From the NCBI GenBank assembly GCA_050248915.1, contig JBFWRL010000004.1:12673-76672 (forward strand): 64,000 bases of DNA, read 5' to 3'. This DNA is from Candidatus Sericytochromatia bacterium (GTDB lineage Bacteria; Cyanobacteriota; Sericytochromatia; UBA7694). The position numbers and the translations under genes are program-made. Under the pieces are notes generated by a model. The model had not been told where the DNA came from and made no database searches. It saw only the letters and a program-made list of their open reading frames with translations. The first letter of the stretch is position 1; each line of letters begins with the position of its first letter. This document shows, piece after piece, positions 19,119 through 29,811 of this stretch.

Positions 19119-20297
19119 TCAGATCTGGGGCTGGTTAGCCATGCGAATCAGGGAGTCTCCCCGCCGCAATAATTCGTGGTAGAGGCTCAGGGTCTGCTGC
19201 AGACTGCTGGCACTGACCCATTCATCGGCCCGATGTGAATTTCCACCCACCGGTGCCAGGCTCAAAACGGGTTTGCCACTTTGGGCCAGAATATTTTCAT
19301 CGGCCACAGAGACCCCCATCACTTCGGGCAAGACCTGGCCCCGAAAACGTCCCATCAGATTCTGAACCCGTTCAACCAGGGGGTGAGTGGGTGAAATCCA
19401 ATAACCCTGGGCCATTGGGGTGGGCCGCTGCAAAAGTGAAACCCTCACTTCGCATCGGGTCCAGGCCTGTAAAAAGTCTTGCAAACGCGCTCTGAATTCT
19501 TCAATCTCTCGGCCCGGATGCACCAGGCACGAGAGCACCCAGTTGCAGCGCTCGGGCACACTCAGGGTGGCTTGCCCGCCCCTGATCTCGCGCACCAAGA
19601 TCTGCTCGCGTCCCCAGAGCGGATCTTGGGCCAAGGGCAAATCTGTGAGTTGTTGCAAGAGGCGGGCGCTTTCGAGAATGGCATTGAGTCCTTGGCCTGG
19701 AACTGCTCCATGGGCACTCTCTCCCACGAGTTCAACATTGTAGCTATAACAGCCAAACCGACCCAGCCCCAGAGTGGGGTGCAAACTGTCCACGCTGAGT
19801 TCTGGCACCAAGGCGGCGGCAATATCATCGAGCCAACCTGAATTGAGCAGGGTCCAGGCCCCTTGAGACCAACACTCCTCGTCGACACCCAGGGCAATTT
19901 TGAGTCTAAAATCCTGGGCACGAAACAGCCGGGCGGCTTCGAGAATCACTGCCAACCCGCCTTTCATGTCGGAGACACCCAGCCCGCAGAGGCGATCTCC
20001 CGTGCGTTGCAGTTCAAGGGGATCGCCATTCCAATCTGAGGCCGGTGGAACAGTGTCGAGATGGGCGTAAAGCAGAAGGGTTTGCGCTCCCTCGCCCGTC
20101 TCAGCCAAAATGTTAAAGCGCTCAGGCGCAACTGTTTGGTGTTCGGTTTGAAAGCCGCAGTCCTGTAGATAGCTCTCACACCAGAGGGCCAGGTCTTTTT
20201 CTTGGCCACTGACCGAGGGAATGGCCACCAACGAAGCCAGGGTATCCAGAATATTCATGGCCAGATCAGCGGTGTGGGGATCAGTAGCCGGTGCCAA
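19119..20297 (-). CDS. M20-family metallopeptidase (ArgE/DapE/acetylornithine deacetylase-like)
   Basis: LLLYAHLDTVP, GVSDMKGGLA and the dimerisation domain, all M20 signatures. Confidence 0.8.
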   Translation of the reverse strand: MAPATDPHTADLAMNILDTLASLVAIPSVSGQEKDLALWCESYLQDCGFQTEHQTVAPERFNILAETGEGAQTLLLYAHLDTVPPASDWNGDPLELQRTGDRLCGLGVSDMKGGLAVILEAARLFRAQDFRLKIALGVDEECWSQGAWTLLNSGWLDDIAAALVPELSVDSLHPTLGLGRFGCYSYNVELVGESAHGAVPGQGLNAILESARLLQQLTDLPLAQDPLWGREQILVREIRGGQATLSVPERCNWVLSCLVHPGREIEEFRARLQDFLQAWTRCEVRVSLLQRPTPMAQGYWISPTHPLVERVQNLMGRFRGQVLPEVMGVSVADENILAQSGKPVLSLAPVGGNSHRADEWVSASSLQQTLSLYHELLRRGDSLIRMANQPQI

Positions 20298-21141
20298 CCA
20301 CTTGGTTATTCAGCACCACTTCCCAACGCTTGTCGACCCGGCGGATCTGAATCACACTTTGGCCATTTTGCTGGATATCCACCGTGTTTTTAAAGCCCAG
20401 GGCGTCGATGGCGCCAAAGCCGTTATACGCTTTGCCTTGGAAGACGGTGTCGAAGCTGATCTGCCCATCGGTGACCGTGCCATCGAGACTGGCGCGGCCA
20501 TCGACCCGCAGAGCGATGGTATTGAGGGAGGGATGGCCCGTGTTTTCGCCCGTGCCACTGAGGGTGGTGTCAAAACTGCCGCGCAGGGGCACTTGGTGAG
20601 GCAATTTGGCATTGAGGGTCAATTTGAGGGTGCCCAGGGTGTTGGCGGGGTTTTGGGCCACACTCAGCTCGTAATGGGAGAAGTCCAGGGGGAAAACCTT
20701 GGCAGGTAAAGGACTGTTGCCATAATTGGAGACGGCCAATACATCAAAGGGGTAAGGCTTGTTTTGGGCATCTTTGAAACTCAGGGTGTAATTGCCGCGG
20801 CGCAAGGCGTCGTAACGGGTGTAATCTGTGCCATTAAAAAACCAATCGGGCAGACCACTTTTGACGTTGAAATAGATAAAGTTTTCGACCTGCTGGCGGC
20901 GGGTATTGATGCCGCGGGTCAGCACCATCAGGTTGGAGGCCTCTTGGGCCACGCTGATCATGTGGGTGGCCAGAGCGGTCAGGCCTTCGTCGCGGCTGAT
21001 CTTGTATTCATCGGGGGGGATCTCAGCAGCGCTTTTGAAGAGTTCGGGACGCACCCCTTGAATGACCTGGGGAACCCAGCAGCTGGTGAGAGTGGTGGCA
21101 GCCAGCGCGCAGGTGGCCAGAGAGAAAAGATTGCGTTTCAT
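20281..21141 (-). CDS. hypothetical lipoprotein
   Basis: Lipobox LTSC. No recognisable domain. 17-nt overlap with the upstream M20 gene. Confidence 0.5.
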   Translation of the reverse strand: MKRNLFSLATCALAATTLTSCWVPQVIQGVRPELFKSAAEIPPDEYKISRDEGLTALATHMISVAQEASNLMVLTRGINTRRQQVENFIYFNVKSGLPDWFFNGTDYTRYDALRRGNYTLSFKDAQNKPYPFDVLAVSNYGNSPLPAKVFPLDFSHYELSVAQNPANTLGTLKLTLNAKLPHQVPLRGSFDTTLSGTGENTGHPSLNTIALRVDGRASLDGTVTDGQISFDTVFQGKAYNGFGAIDALGFKNTVDIQQNGQSVIQIRRVDKRWEVVLNNQVVGTGY

Positions 21142-21265
21142 GATGCTTTTGCCCTTGTGTCTTCAAGTGTCGTGCTTTTTCTTCAAAAAATGTATAGGCA
21201 TCATACCACGAAGGGCAGGGGGGCCCAAATAGGGGGACCGTTGGAGCTTGCCCCAAGCCCAAGAC

Positions 21266-21841
21266 TCACTCTGCTCCCAGTTCAGCCAAATTCACCCGCT
21301 CGGCCTCCGCTTTCAGCACGTCCCGGCCATAGACGTGGTTGATCGCGGCCAGGCGCAGATTCAGGCGATCAATCGGCAAGGTATCCGGCAGCTCCAGGCT
21401 TTCGAGCGCGCCTTCAGCCGTAAAATTGAGCGGGCAGACATCCAGAAAAACCTCACCCTCTTCCGCTTCGGGGTCTTGAAAATGAATCGGGTAGCCATGG
21501 CTGCGGCAGATAACCGGGCGAGCGGCGTAGATGCTGCAGAGATCGTCGACCAGCAGGGGGCAGTGTTCCTGGGATGCTTCAGGCTGAGTTAAAGCGACCT
21601 GAGACTGCTCACGCACCCGCTCGCGCAGGGCGGGGTTGGCTTGGGCCAAGTGAGCCAGGGCGGCAGAGACGCTGGCAGCTTCGACCGGAAAGACGCTCAG
21701 GCCCGGCAGACAGCAGCCGCTGCATCCCGCCTGGCAGGTGATATTATTTGTGTGTTTTTGACCCAGGGCCTGGGTCAGTTTTTCCAGATCGCTGAGCAAT
21801 TGGGTATACGGTTCAAAAGGTTCAAAACTTTTCATAAACAA
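21266..21841 (-). CDS. YkgJ-family Cys-cluster protein (UPF0153, putative Fe-S/zinc chelating)
   Basis: CQAGCSGCC..., later ..CPL..DDLCSIY..RPVICRS. This CxxCxxCC pattern is typical of the YkgJ family. Confidence 0.55.
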   Translation of the reverse strand: MFMKSFEPFEPYTQLLSDLEKLTQALGQKHTNNITCQAGCSGCCLPGLSVFPVEAASVSAALAHLAQANPALRERVREQSQVALTQPEASQEHCPLLVDDLCSIYAARPVICRSHGYPIHFQDPEAEEGEVFLDVCPLNFTAEGALESLELPDTLPIDRLNLRLAAINHVYGRDVLKAEAERVNLAELGAE

Positions 21842-22053
21842 ATTATAATCTGAACTTGATCCCGATCATGTTTTCTCCGCGATAAAGCCAGTACGCTGAA
21901 GACATACCAAAACAAGTCCGATTGCTTGACTGCAAGCCTGAGCAAAGGTCAGACTTTGATTAGACGCGCTGTGTTACCAGCCGCAGGGACTTCGTGCTAT
22001 GGTGTAGAAGCCAAAAAGCATTAATTTCTGAATGAATAAGAGCAGGAACCCGT

Positions 22054-22785
22054 ATGCAAAACGCAGAAAAACAAACTGCCAAACCCAACGTCATTGATGC
22101 CATCCTCTCGATCTTTGACTCGACCGTTGGTCGCAAATATATTATGGGCCTTAGTGGCCTGGCCCTCGTGGGCTTTATTGTCTTCCATCTGGCCGGTAAT
22201 CTGAGCCTTTTCTTTGGAGAAGAGGCCTTTAACAGTTATGTACTCAAACTCGAAAGCCTGGGACCCCTGATTCGCCTGGCTGAATTGGGCCTGATGGCCG
22301 TCTTTGTCTTTCACATTATCTTCGCTTTCAGTGTCACGGCCCAAAACAAGGCCGCGCGCAAAACCCGTTATGCCGTCAATGGCAAAGCGGGCAAACCGAG
22401 CCGCAAAACAATTGCCTCCCAAAGCATGATCTATACAGGTCTGGTGCTGCTGATCTTTATTGTGGCCCATGTCTGGATGTTTCGCTTTGCCACCCGGTTT
22501 AACCCTGAACACGTGACCATTCATGGCGCAGAGGTGATCAACCTCTACACGCCCGTGGTCGCTGCTTTCAAGAATCCCTGGATTGCCCTGGCTTACAGTG
22601 CCGTCATGCTGCTTTTGGGCATGCACGTCAGCCACGGATTCTGGAGTGCCTTTCAGTCATTGGGGGCTTACCACCCCCGCTACACCCCCGTGATCTACAC
22701 TGCGGGTGTGTTGCTGGCTCTGCTCCTGGCCGTGGGCTTTATTGCTCTGCCTGGCTGGGTCTATTTTATGGTTCCCGTGAAATAA
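22054..22785 (+). CDS. sdhC: succinate dehydrogenase/fumarate reductase cytochrome b subunit (b558 type)
   Basis: 243 aa with five TM helices and conserved His residues. It sits immediately upstream of sdhA. Confidence 0.8.
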   Translation: MQNAEKQTAKPNVIDAILSIFDSTVGRKYIMGLSGLALVGFIVFHLAGNLSLFFGEEAFNSYVLKLESLGPLIRLAELGLMAVFVFHIIFAFSVTAQNKAARKTRYAVNGKAGKPSRKTIASQSMIYTGLVLLIFIVAHVWMFRFATRFNPEHVTIHGAEVINLYTPVVAAFKNPWIALAYSAVMLLLGMHVSHGFWSAFQSLGAYHPRYTPVIYTAGVLLALLLAVGFIALPGWVYFMVPVK

Positions 22786-24747
22786 TTGGAGGTCAATACA
22801 GCCATGAGTAAACTGAATATTCAAGAGGGCTCTCCCCTCCAGGCCCATCTTCCCGCAGGCCACGTCTCTGAAAGATGGGACAATTACAAAGCCGGGATCA
22901 AAGTCGTTAACCCTGCCAATAAACGCAAATACACCGTTTTGGTGATTGGTACAGGTCTGGCCGGCGCTTCTGCTGCCGCCTCTCTGGCCGAGATGGGGTA
23001 TAACGTCAAAGCCTTTTGTATCTCCGACTCTCCCCGCCGGGCCCACAGCATTGCGGCCCAGGGTGGGATCAATGCTGCCAAAAACTACCAAAACGACGGC
23101 GATAGCATTTGGCGTCTGTTTTACGACACGGTCAAAGGCGGCGACTTCCGCGCCCGTGAATCGAATGTCTACCGTCTGGCCCAGGTCAGTGTGAGTATTA
23201 TCGACCAATGTGTGGCCCAGGGCGTTCCGTTTGCCCGTGAATATGGTGGCATGTTGTCGAACCGCTCTTTCGGGGGCGCGCAGGTCTCTCGTACCTTTTA
23301 TGCCGCAGGCCAAACGGGTCAACAGCTTTTGCTGGGGGCTTATGGTGCCATGATGCGCCAGGTCGATGCGGGCAAAGTCCAGCTTTTCACTTACCGCGAA
23401 ATGTTGGATCTGGTCGTGGTCGATGGCGTGGCCCAAGGTGTGGTCATGCGCAATCTCAAGACCGGCGAACTGGAATCGTATGCTGGTGACGCTGTGCTGC
23501 TTTGCACAGGGGGATATGGCAATGTCTATTTCCTCTCCACCAATGCCATGAACTCCAACGCCACGGCTGCTTGGCGCTGCCACAAACGCGGTGCATATTT
23601 TGCCAATCCCTGTTTTACCCAAATTCACCCGACCTGTATCCCCGTTTCGGGCGATTACCAGTCCAAGTTGACCCTGATGAGTGAATCCCTGCGCAACGAT
23701 GGCCGGGTTTGGGTACCCAAAAAAGCCGGAGACAAACGCCCGCCTGATCAGATTCCCGAAGACGAACGCGATTATTATCTCGAACGCAGGTACCCCAGTT
23801 TTGGCAATTTGGTGCCCCGTGACGTGGCCTCCCGCAATGCCAAAGCCGTCTGCGATGAAGGCCGCGGTGTCGGAGAGTCGGGCTTGGCCGTCTACCTCGA
23901 CTTTGCTGAGTCGATCCAGCGCTTGGGGCTCAAAACCGTCGAAGATCGCTACAACAACCTCTTTGAGATGTATGAGCGCATCACCGGCGAAAACCCCTAC
24001 AAGGTGCCGATGCGGATTTACCCCGCTGTGCACTACACCATGGGCGGTCTTTGGGTCGATTACAACCTCATGACCACCATTCCTGGGCTCTTTGCCCTGG
24101 GTGAAGCCAATTTCTCCGATCACGGTGCCAACCGCCTCGGTGCCAGTGCCCTGATGCAGGGGCTGGCGGATGGCTATTTTGTTGTACCGTATACCATTGG
24201 TGACTACCTCGCTGGCAAAGCCCCGGTCAAAGCCGAAGCTGCCAAAGGCGAAGCCTTTACCCAGGTGCGCGGCGAAATTCAGGGCCAGATCGACAAATTG
24301 CTGTCGATCAAAGGCACCCGCACGGTGATGGAACTCTACCGCGAATTGGGTTTAAAAATGTGGGATTATGTCGGCATGTCCCGCACCGAAGAAGGCCTCA
24401 AACAGGTCTTGCAAGAAATTCCCAAGCTGCGTGAAGAGTTCTGGAACAATGTGCGCATCCCCGGTGATGCCGATGGCTGGAACAAAAATTTGGAATTTGC
24501 CAGCCGCGTGGCTGACTTCCTCGAATTGGGTGAATTGATGGCCCTGGATGCTTTGCACCGCGAAGAGTCCTGTGGTGGCCATTTCCGCGAAGAGTACCAG
24601 ACTGAAGAAGGTGAAGCTCAGCGCAATGATGAAGCGTATAGCTATGCTGCGGCCTGGGAGTACACGGGCAATTTTGCCCAGCCAGTCTTGCACAAAGAAC
24701 CCCTGGAATTCGAAAATGTCAAACCCTCACAACGAAGCTATAAGTAA
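22786..24747 (+). CDS. sdhA: succinate dehydrogenase/fumarate reductase flavoprotein subunit
   Basis: FAD-binding motif [28 protein letters not shown] with the covalent-FAD His. HYTMGG motif. 653 aa. Confidence 0.95.
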   Translation: MEVNTAMSKLNIQEGSPLQAHLPAGHVSERWDNYKAGIKVVNPANKRKYTVLVIGTGLAGASAAASLAEMGYNVKAFCISDSPRRAHSIAAQGGINAAKNYQNDGDSIWRLFYDTVKGGDFRARESNVYRLAQVSVSIIDQCVAQGVPFAREYGGMLSNRSFGGAQVSRTFYAAGQTGQQLLLGAYGAMMRQVDAGKVQLFTYREMLDLVVVDGVAQGVVMRNLKTGELESYAGDAVLLCTGGYGNVYFLSTNAMNSNATAAWRCHKRGAYFANPCFTQIHPTCIPVSGDYQSKLTLMSESLRNDGRVWVPKKAGDKRPPDQIPEDERDYYLERRYPSFGNLVPRDVASRNAKAVCDEGRGVGESGLAVYLDFAESIQRLGLKTVEDRYNNLFEMYERITGENPYKVPMRIYPAVHYTMGGLWVDYNLMTTIPGLFALGEANFSDHGANRLGASALMQGLADGYFVVPYTIGDYLAGKAPVKAEAAKGEAFTQVRGEIQGQIDKLLSIKGTRTVMELYRELGLKMWDYVGMSRTEEGLKQVLQEIPKLREEFWNNVRIPGDADGWNKNLEFASRVADFLELGELMALDALHREESCGGHFREEYQTEEGEAQRNDEAYSYAAAWEYTGNFAQPVLHKEPLEFENVKPSQRSYK

Positions 24748-24758
24748 GGAGAAGCACC

Positions 24759-25532
24759 ATGTCTGATAATATGCGAATGAAGCTGAAAATCTGGAGACAA
24801 AAAGGGCCCAATAGCCCCGGTGCTTTCCGTGATTACGAGCTGGACAATGTCTCCAGCCACATGTCTTTTTTGGAGATGCTGGACGTGCTCAACGAAAAGC
24901 TGATCAAAGAGGGCAAAGAAGACCCCGTTGAATACGATTACGATTGCCGGGAAGGTATTTGTGGTACCTGCGGGGTGGTAGTGGATGGCGTTGCACATGG
25001 CCCTGTCAGACGGACCGCGACCTGCCAATTGCATATGCGCACCTTCCGCGATGGGGATACGATCACGATCGAGCCCTGGCGTTCAGAGGCCTTTCCCGTG
25101 ATCAAAGATTTGGTGGTGGATCGCAGCGCTTTTGACCGGATCATTCAGGCGGGGGGCTATGTCGGTGTGAACACCGGCTGTGCCCAAGATGCCAACAGCA
25201 TCCCGATTGGCAAAGAAGAGGCAGATAAATCTTTCTTTGCTGCGGCCTGTATTGGCTGTGGTGCCTGTGTTGCCGCCTGTCCCAATGCGTCGGCCTCCCT
25301 CTTTGTGGCAGCCAAAATCTCACAATACGCCCACCTGCCCCAAGGCAAACCCGAAGCCACCCGCCGGGCTTTGCGCATGATTGAGCAGATGGACGCCGAA
25401 GGCTTTGGCAATTGCTCCAACCACGCCGAATGTGAAGCGGTCTGCCCCAAAGGCATCTCAATCGACAATATCGCGGTCATGCGCCGTGAGTATTTTAAAG
25501 CCGCTTTAAAGACGGGCTCTGCCACGATTTAA
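24759..25532 (+). CDS. sdhB: succinate dehydrogenase/fumarate reductase iron-sulfur subunit
   Basis: 2Fe-2S cluster CREGICGTC. 4Fe-4S clusters [12 protein letters not shown] and [15 protein letters not shown]. Confidence 0.9.
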   Translation: MSDNMRMKLKIWRQKGPNSPGAFRDYELDNVSSHMSFLEMLDVLNEKLIKEGKEDPVEYDYDCREGICGTCGVVVDGVAHGPVRRTATCQLHMRTFRDGDTITIEPWRSEAFPVIKDLVVDRSAFDRIIQAGGYVGVNTGCAQDANSIPIGKEEADKSFFAAACIGCGACVAACPNASASLFVAAKISQYAHLPQGKPEATRRALRMIEQMDAEGFGNCSNHAECEAVCPKGISIDNIAVMRREYFKAALKTGSATI

Positions 25533-25548
25533 GACCTGTTTTAAGTTC

Positions 25549-25578
25549 AAAGGCGCTCTTACAAAGAGCGCCTTTTTT
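25549..25578. terminator. intrinsic terminator between the sdh operon and convergent kup
   Basis: AAAGGCGCTCTT-acaa-AGAGCGCCTTTTTTT lies directly after the sdhB stop. The A-run and T-run make it usable in both directions. Confidence 0.65.
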
Positions 25579-25596
25579 CATGAACAGGGAATGGGT

Positions 25597-27624
25597 TTAG
25601 ATCTCAATATGCATGCCCACTTCGATTACGCGCTCGGTGGGCAATTTAAAGAAACCGGCGGCTGACCAAGCATTGCGCGACATAAAGGCAAAGAGCGCCT
25701 TGCGCCAGCGGGCCATGGCCGTGCGGTGCTTTTCCATGAGCAGGGTTTGGTGGCCGAGAAAATAAGTGGTGTTTTCTCGGCGTACTTCGAGCAAAAAGGC
25801 TGGACAATTGTCCAAGAGAAGTGGAATATCTGGCGATTGCATAAAGCCGTACCAAGCAGTGACTTGGTAAACCCCTTCTCCCAGGTCTTTGACTTCCAAG
25901 GTTTGGTCCGCAGGCACAATTGGCACATTGCGTGACTTAACCGAAAGCAGAATCACCTGCTCGTGTAAGGCGTGGTTGAGTTTGAGGTGATGAATCAGCA
26001 CCGGTGGCACGTGGGTCGAAGAGACTGCCATAAAAACAGCGGTACCCGGCACACGGGCCACATCTTCGAGCATATCGCTGGTGAGAAAGTCCATTGAGAC
26101 ATGCCCCACGCGCATATGGTGGCGGGGCTGATAGAGGCGACCTGTGCCGGGTTGGGGGATCAGAGAGAGATCACCTTCGGCATCGTGGTAGAGTGGCAGG
26201 GTTGAAGCATTGATGCGTCTGTACAGCTCTTTGCGGCCATCGCGCCAGGTCAGGAACAGAATCAGCATAAAGCTGGCCACAAGTGCAGGCAGCCAGCCAC
26301 CATCGATAAATTTGATAATATTGGAACCGAAATAGGCCAGGTCAAAGGTCAAGAATAAAATCACCAGTGGCAGGGCCTTGAGCCAACTCCATTTCCAGCA
26401 ATAGCGCAGCACAAACAAAAACAGGGTTGAAGTCAGCACCATGTCGGTGGTCACGGCCACGCCATAAGCGGCAGCCAAATGGCTGGACTCTTTAAACAAC
26501 ACCACCACCAAGAGGCAGGCCAACATCATGGTGTAATTGACCAAGGGGATATAGATCTGGCCTTCGGTTTCACTGGAGGTATGCACTATATTCAAGCGGT
26601 TGAGAAAGCCCATTTGAATTGCTTGGCGGGTGACTGAAAAGACCCCTGAAATCAGGGCTTGAGAGGCGATGATCGTGGCGGCTGTTGCCATGATCACCAG
26701 GGGGATGATCAAATAGGTGGGCACCATTTCGTAAAAGGGGTTTTTGGCCTCGTGGCTGAGCAAGAGCGCACCTTGGCCAAAATAATTTAGAATCAGGGCC
26801 GGAAAGACAAAACAAAACCAAGAGATGCGAATGGCACCCCGGCCAAAATGGCCCATATCTGCATAGAGGGCTTCACCCCCGGTAATACAGAGCACCACCG
26901 AGCCCAGCACCAAGAAGCCTGTCATTTGATTGGTCTGAAAAAAATTCACCGCATAACCGGGCCAGACAGCTTTGAGCACCTCGGGATTTTTAAAAATATG
27001 CACCAGCCCCATCACTGCCAGCAGGGTAAACCAGCAGATCATGACCGGGCCAAAGATGCGCCCAATTGAGCCCGTGCCCTTTTTTTGAATCATAAATAGG
27101 CCGAGCAAAATGCCACAGGTCAAGGGTACTGTAAAGGGTTTTGCCGCTGCTGTGGCCACTTCCAGTCCCTCTACAGCAGAGAGTACCGAAATCGCGGGAG
27201 TAATCACCCCGTCGCCGTAGAGCAAGGAGGCCCCTGTTAACGCGGCCAGAACTACCATGCCCTGGGCTTTGCCTGACATCATCCCTTTGCCTGCTTTTTC
27301 TTGCAAGAGTGCCAGCAAGGCAAACATGCCGCCTTCGCCGTTATTGTCGGCACGCATCACAAAGGTCAGGTATTTGAGGGTCACAACCAGGGTCAAGGAC
27401 CAAAAGATCAATGAAAGTACACCGAGTACGTTGGCGGAATTAAAGGCAATGGCGTGGTGACCATGAAAACACTCTTTGAGGGTGTAAAGCGGGCTGGTTC
27501 CGATATCACCATAGACAACGCCAATAGCGCCCAGCGCCAGCGTTGCAAGAGAGGCTTTTGAATGATGGGGCTCGTGAACATGTTGATCACGTAAGGTCTG
27601 CGTTGGAGAGAGCGGCTCTGTCAT
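25597..27624 (-). CDS. kup: KUP/HAK/KT potassium uptake transporter
   Basis: 675 aa. N-terminal LATLALGAIGVVYGDIGTSPLY..GEGG is canonical for Kup. 12 TM segments plus a cytosolic C-domain. Confidence 0.9.
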   Translation of the reverse strand: MTEPLSPTQTLRDQHVHEPHHSKASLATLALGAIGVVYGDIGTSPLYTLKECFHGHHAIAFNSANVLGVLSLIFWSLTLVVTLKYLTFVMRADNNGEGGMFALLALLQEKAGKGMMSGKAQGMVVLAALTGASLLYGDGVITPAISVLSAVEGLEVATAAAKPFTVPLTCGILLGLFMIQKKGTGSIGRIFGPVMICWFTLLAVMGLVHIFKNPEVLKAVWPGYAVNFFQTNQMTGFLVLGSVVLCITGGEALYADMGHFGRGAIRISWFCFVFPALILNYFGQGALLLSHEAKNPFYEMVPTYLIIPLVIMATAATIIASQALISGVFSVTRQAIQMGFLNRLNIVHTSSETEGQIYIPLVNYTMMLACLLVVVLFKESSHLAAAYGVAVTTDMVLTSTLFLFVLRYCWKWSWLKALPLVILFLTFDLAYFGSNIIKFIDGGWLPALVASFMLILFLTWRDGRKELYRRINASTLPLYHDAEGDLSLIPQPGTGRLYQPRHHMRVGHVSMDFLTSDMLEDVARVPGTAVFMAVSSTHVPPVLIHHLKLNHALHEQVILLSVKSRNVPIVPADQTLEVKDLGEGVYQVTAWYGFMQSPDIPLLLDNCPAFLLEVRRENTTYFLGHQTLLMEKHRTAMARWRKALFAFMSRNAWSAAGFFKLPTERVIEVGMHIEI

Positions 27625-27757
27625 GGATATCCTCTTAGAGGCCCTATTTTACTCCCGTAATCCTGATAAAACAAGGGTATTAATCGTGTTTTCGACACTT
27701 GCCCAAAAGAGCTGAATCTGGCAAGATCAGAGCAGGTCATTTGAAGGGAGTTCTCAG

Positions 27758-27967
27758 ATGTTGGTTTGGCGCTCAATGGTGATTTTTTTGATCTGCTCTG
27801 GCACCTTGTTGCTGGGCTGTGTGCGCAAGAATTTGCTGCCGACAGAAACAGCCTGTCCGGGTATCTTTCAGCCAGTCTGTGGTTCTGATGGCAAAACCTA
27901 CAATAATTCTTGTGAAGCCCGTAAAAAAGGCATTACCCGTACCACTGATGGCGAGTGCGCAGCTTGA
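27758..27967 (+). CDS. small secreted Kazal-type serine protease inhibitor domain protein
   Basis: Signal peptide, then CPGIFQPVCGSDGKTYNNSCEARKKGITRTTDGEC. The Kazal pattern C-x-C-G-x-D-G-x-T-Y-x-N-x-C is present. Confidence 0.7.
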   Translation: MLVWRSMVIFLICSGTLLLGCVRKNLLPTETACPGIFQPVCGSDGKTYNNSCEARKKGITRTTDGECAA

Positions 27968-28866
27968 ACGCTGTGTCGGTCAATCAACCCCATCCATCGA
28001 ATCAATTCGCTGAAAATGTGGGTTTTTTTTGGAAACGCACGCCCCAAAAAGGGCTTTTGGAGTACCGCAATTCCCGGTTTGTCAAAGGTCTGTTTATTTG
28101 TCTACTCGGCTGGGGCGTGGTGGCTTTGTTTCCACTTTTGTTTGGCAATCCCGGTTTAACCCGATTGAAATGTATGCGCACGGCCCCCAATGTCGGCAAT
28201 TGCCAGCTTGAAAAGATCTATTTACATCCTTTTTTGGTCTTTTTTAGCAGCCGGGTTGAACTCCCTCTTTCCGAGATGGTGGCCCCCCAGGTCCACGAAA
28301 TTGTCGGCGATGAATCGGACTCTTATCAATTGGTTTTGCAGCACAAGCGCGGAAATTGGGAAATCATGACCGCGATGTTTGAAGAGACCGCTGAAAACGC
28401 TGCTGAAGACATTCAAATTTTCCTCAGATCTCCCCAGGAAGATCTGGTCAAGGTGCGGTATTTTGACACCCTTTTCTTTTGGATCATGTATCTGCCACTT
28501 TACCTGATGATCTTCTATCTGGGCATGGGCCTGTTTTTGAAATTGACGGGCAAGCCCTTTAATTGTTATTGGCTGGTACTCGATGGCGCGACCCGCCAGG
28601 TGGTGGTGATTCGCAATACGGCTTTGGGCTGGTCGTTTACCCAAAAGCACGCCATTGGTGCGGTGGCTGGCTTTGACCTGATTGAACAAGAAGGAGAAAA
28701 CACGGACTATATCCGCTTGCAAATGAAACTAAAATCAGGCACCCCTGTGAATTTAACCCCGCTGATCACAGCCAAAGACAGCCGAGAATTTGAAGACATG
28801 CAAGACTGGCTTTTGGACAATCTGAACCAGACCCTGAATGAGTTTCAGGGCCGGGTCTCGCCTTGA
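27955..28866 (+). CDS. hypothetical membrane protein
   Basis: Several hydrophobic segments and no motif. The start is probably an internal Met, since the ORF start overlaps the Kazal gene. Confidence 0.4.
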   Translation: MRSLNAVSVNQPHPSNQFAENVGFFWKRTPQKGLLEYRNSRFVKGLFICLLGWGVVALFPLLFGNPGLTRLKCMRTAPNVGNCQLEKIYLHPFLVFFSSRVELPLSEMVAPQVHEIVGDESDSYQLVLQHKRGNWEIMTAMFEETAENAAEDIQIFLRSPQEDLVKVRYFDTLFFWIMYLPLYLMIFYLGMGLFLKLTGKPFNCYWLVLDGATRQVVVIRNTALGWSFTQKHAIGAVAGFDLIEQEGENTDYIRLQMKLKSGTPVNLTPLITAKDSREFEDMQDWLLDNLNQTLNEFQGRVSP

Positions 28867-28935
28867 GGCCCTGAGAGGCGCTTTCCCCCTGTGTTATAAT
28901 TCAGCATTCTCAAAGGCGATGGGGGCATTGATAGC

Positions 28936-29811
28936 TTGAAACAGCGTTCCGAACTGGGGTGGGCCCTTTTGATGCTTTTGCCCAGCCTGCTGGGAGTGGG
29001 GATTTTTACCCTGATTCCCGTGCTGGCTTCGTTTGGGCTCAGTTTTGCCCAATGGAATCTGCTCAGCCCCCCCAAATGGGTGGGGTTTGCCAATTATGCC
29101 GCTTTGATGTCTGAGCCCTTGTTCTGGAAGGTGCTCGGCAATACCTTTGTCTACGCCTTCTCGGTGGTGCTTTTCGAAGTGCCCATTGCTTTGGCACTGG
29201 CAATTGCGCTCAATCAACAGGGCTGGGTCGTGAAAATTTTCAGAACCGTCTTTTTTCTGCCAGTGGTGACCTCGATGATTGCCATTGCTTTGGTCTGGAA
29301 TTGGATCTACGACCCTCAATACGGTCTGCTCAATGCCGCCCTGGGGGCAATCGGGCTCAAACCGATCGCCTGGCTCTTTACCACGGAGTGGGCTCTGCCC
29401 GCCCTGATTGTGATGGGCATCTGGAAAAACGTCGGCTATAGCATGGTGATTTTTCTGGCGGGTTTGCAAAATATCCCCGATGAACTCTACGAAGCGGCTT
29501 CCCTCGATGGGGCCAGCTCCTGGCAGCAATTTCTCAATGTGACCTTGCCGATGGTCAGCCCCACACTTTTCTTTGTCACGACCATGTCCACGATTACGGC
29601 CTTCCAGATCTTTGACTCGGTGTATATGATGACCCAAGGCGGACCTGAGAACAGCACCAATGTGGCGGTGTATTGGCTCTACCAGAATGCCTTTGAATTC
29701 TTTCAAGTGGGCCGGGCCTCTGCCATGGCCTACGTGCTCTTCGCAATTATTCTGACCCTGACGTTGATTCAATGGAGTTTAAGGAAAAAATGGGTGGCCC
29801 TCGAATCTTAG
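28936..29811 (+). CDS. carbohydrate ABC transporter permease (MalF/UgpA-like)
   Basis: Six TM segments. EAA loop EAASLDGASSWQQFLNVTLPM. Confidence 0.85.
   Translation: MKQRSELGWALLMLLPSLLGVGIFTLIPVLASFGLSFAQWNLLSPPKWVGFANYAALMSEPLFWKVLGNTFVYAFSVVLFEVPIALALAIALNQQGWVVKIFRTVFFLPVVTSMIAIALVWNWIYDPQYGLLNAALGAIGLKPIAWLFTTEWALPALIVMGIWKNVGYSMVIFLAGLQNIPDELYEAASLDGASSWQQFLNVTLPMVSPTLFFVTTMSTITAFQIFDSVYMMTQGGPENSTNVAVYWLYQNAFEFFQVGRASAMAYVLFAIILTLTLIQWSLRKKWVALES

Noticed and set aside
22657-24123. 488-aa minus-strand ORF
   Set aside because: It is antisense to sdhA, which has canonical FAD-binding motifs. The translation is Gly/Val/Ala-rich nonsense.
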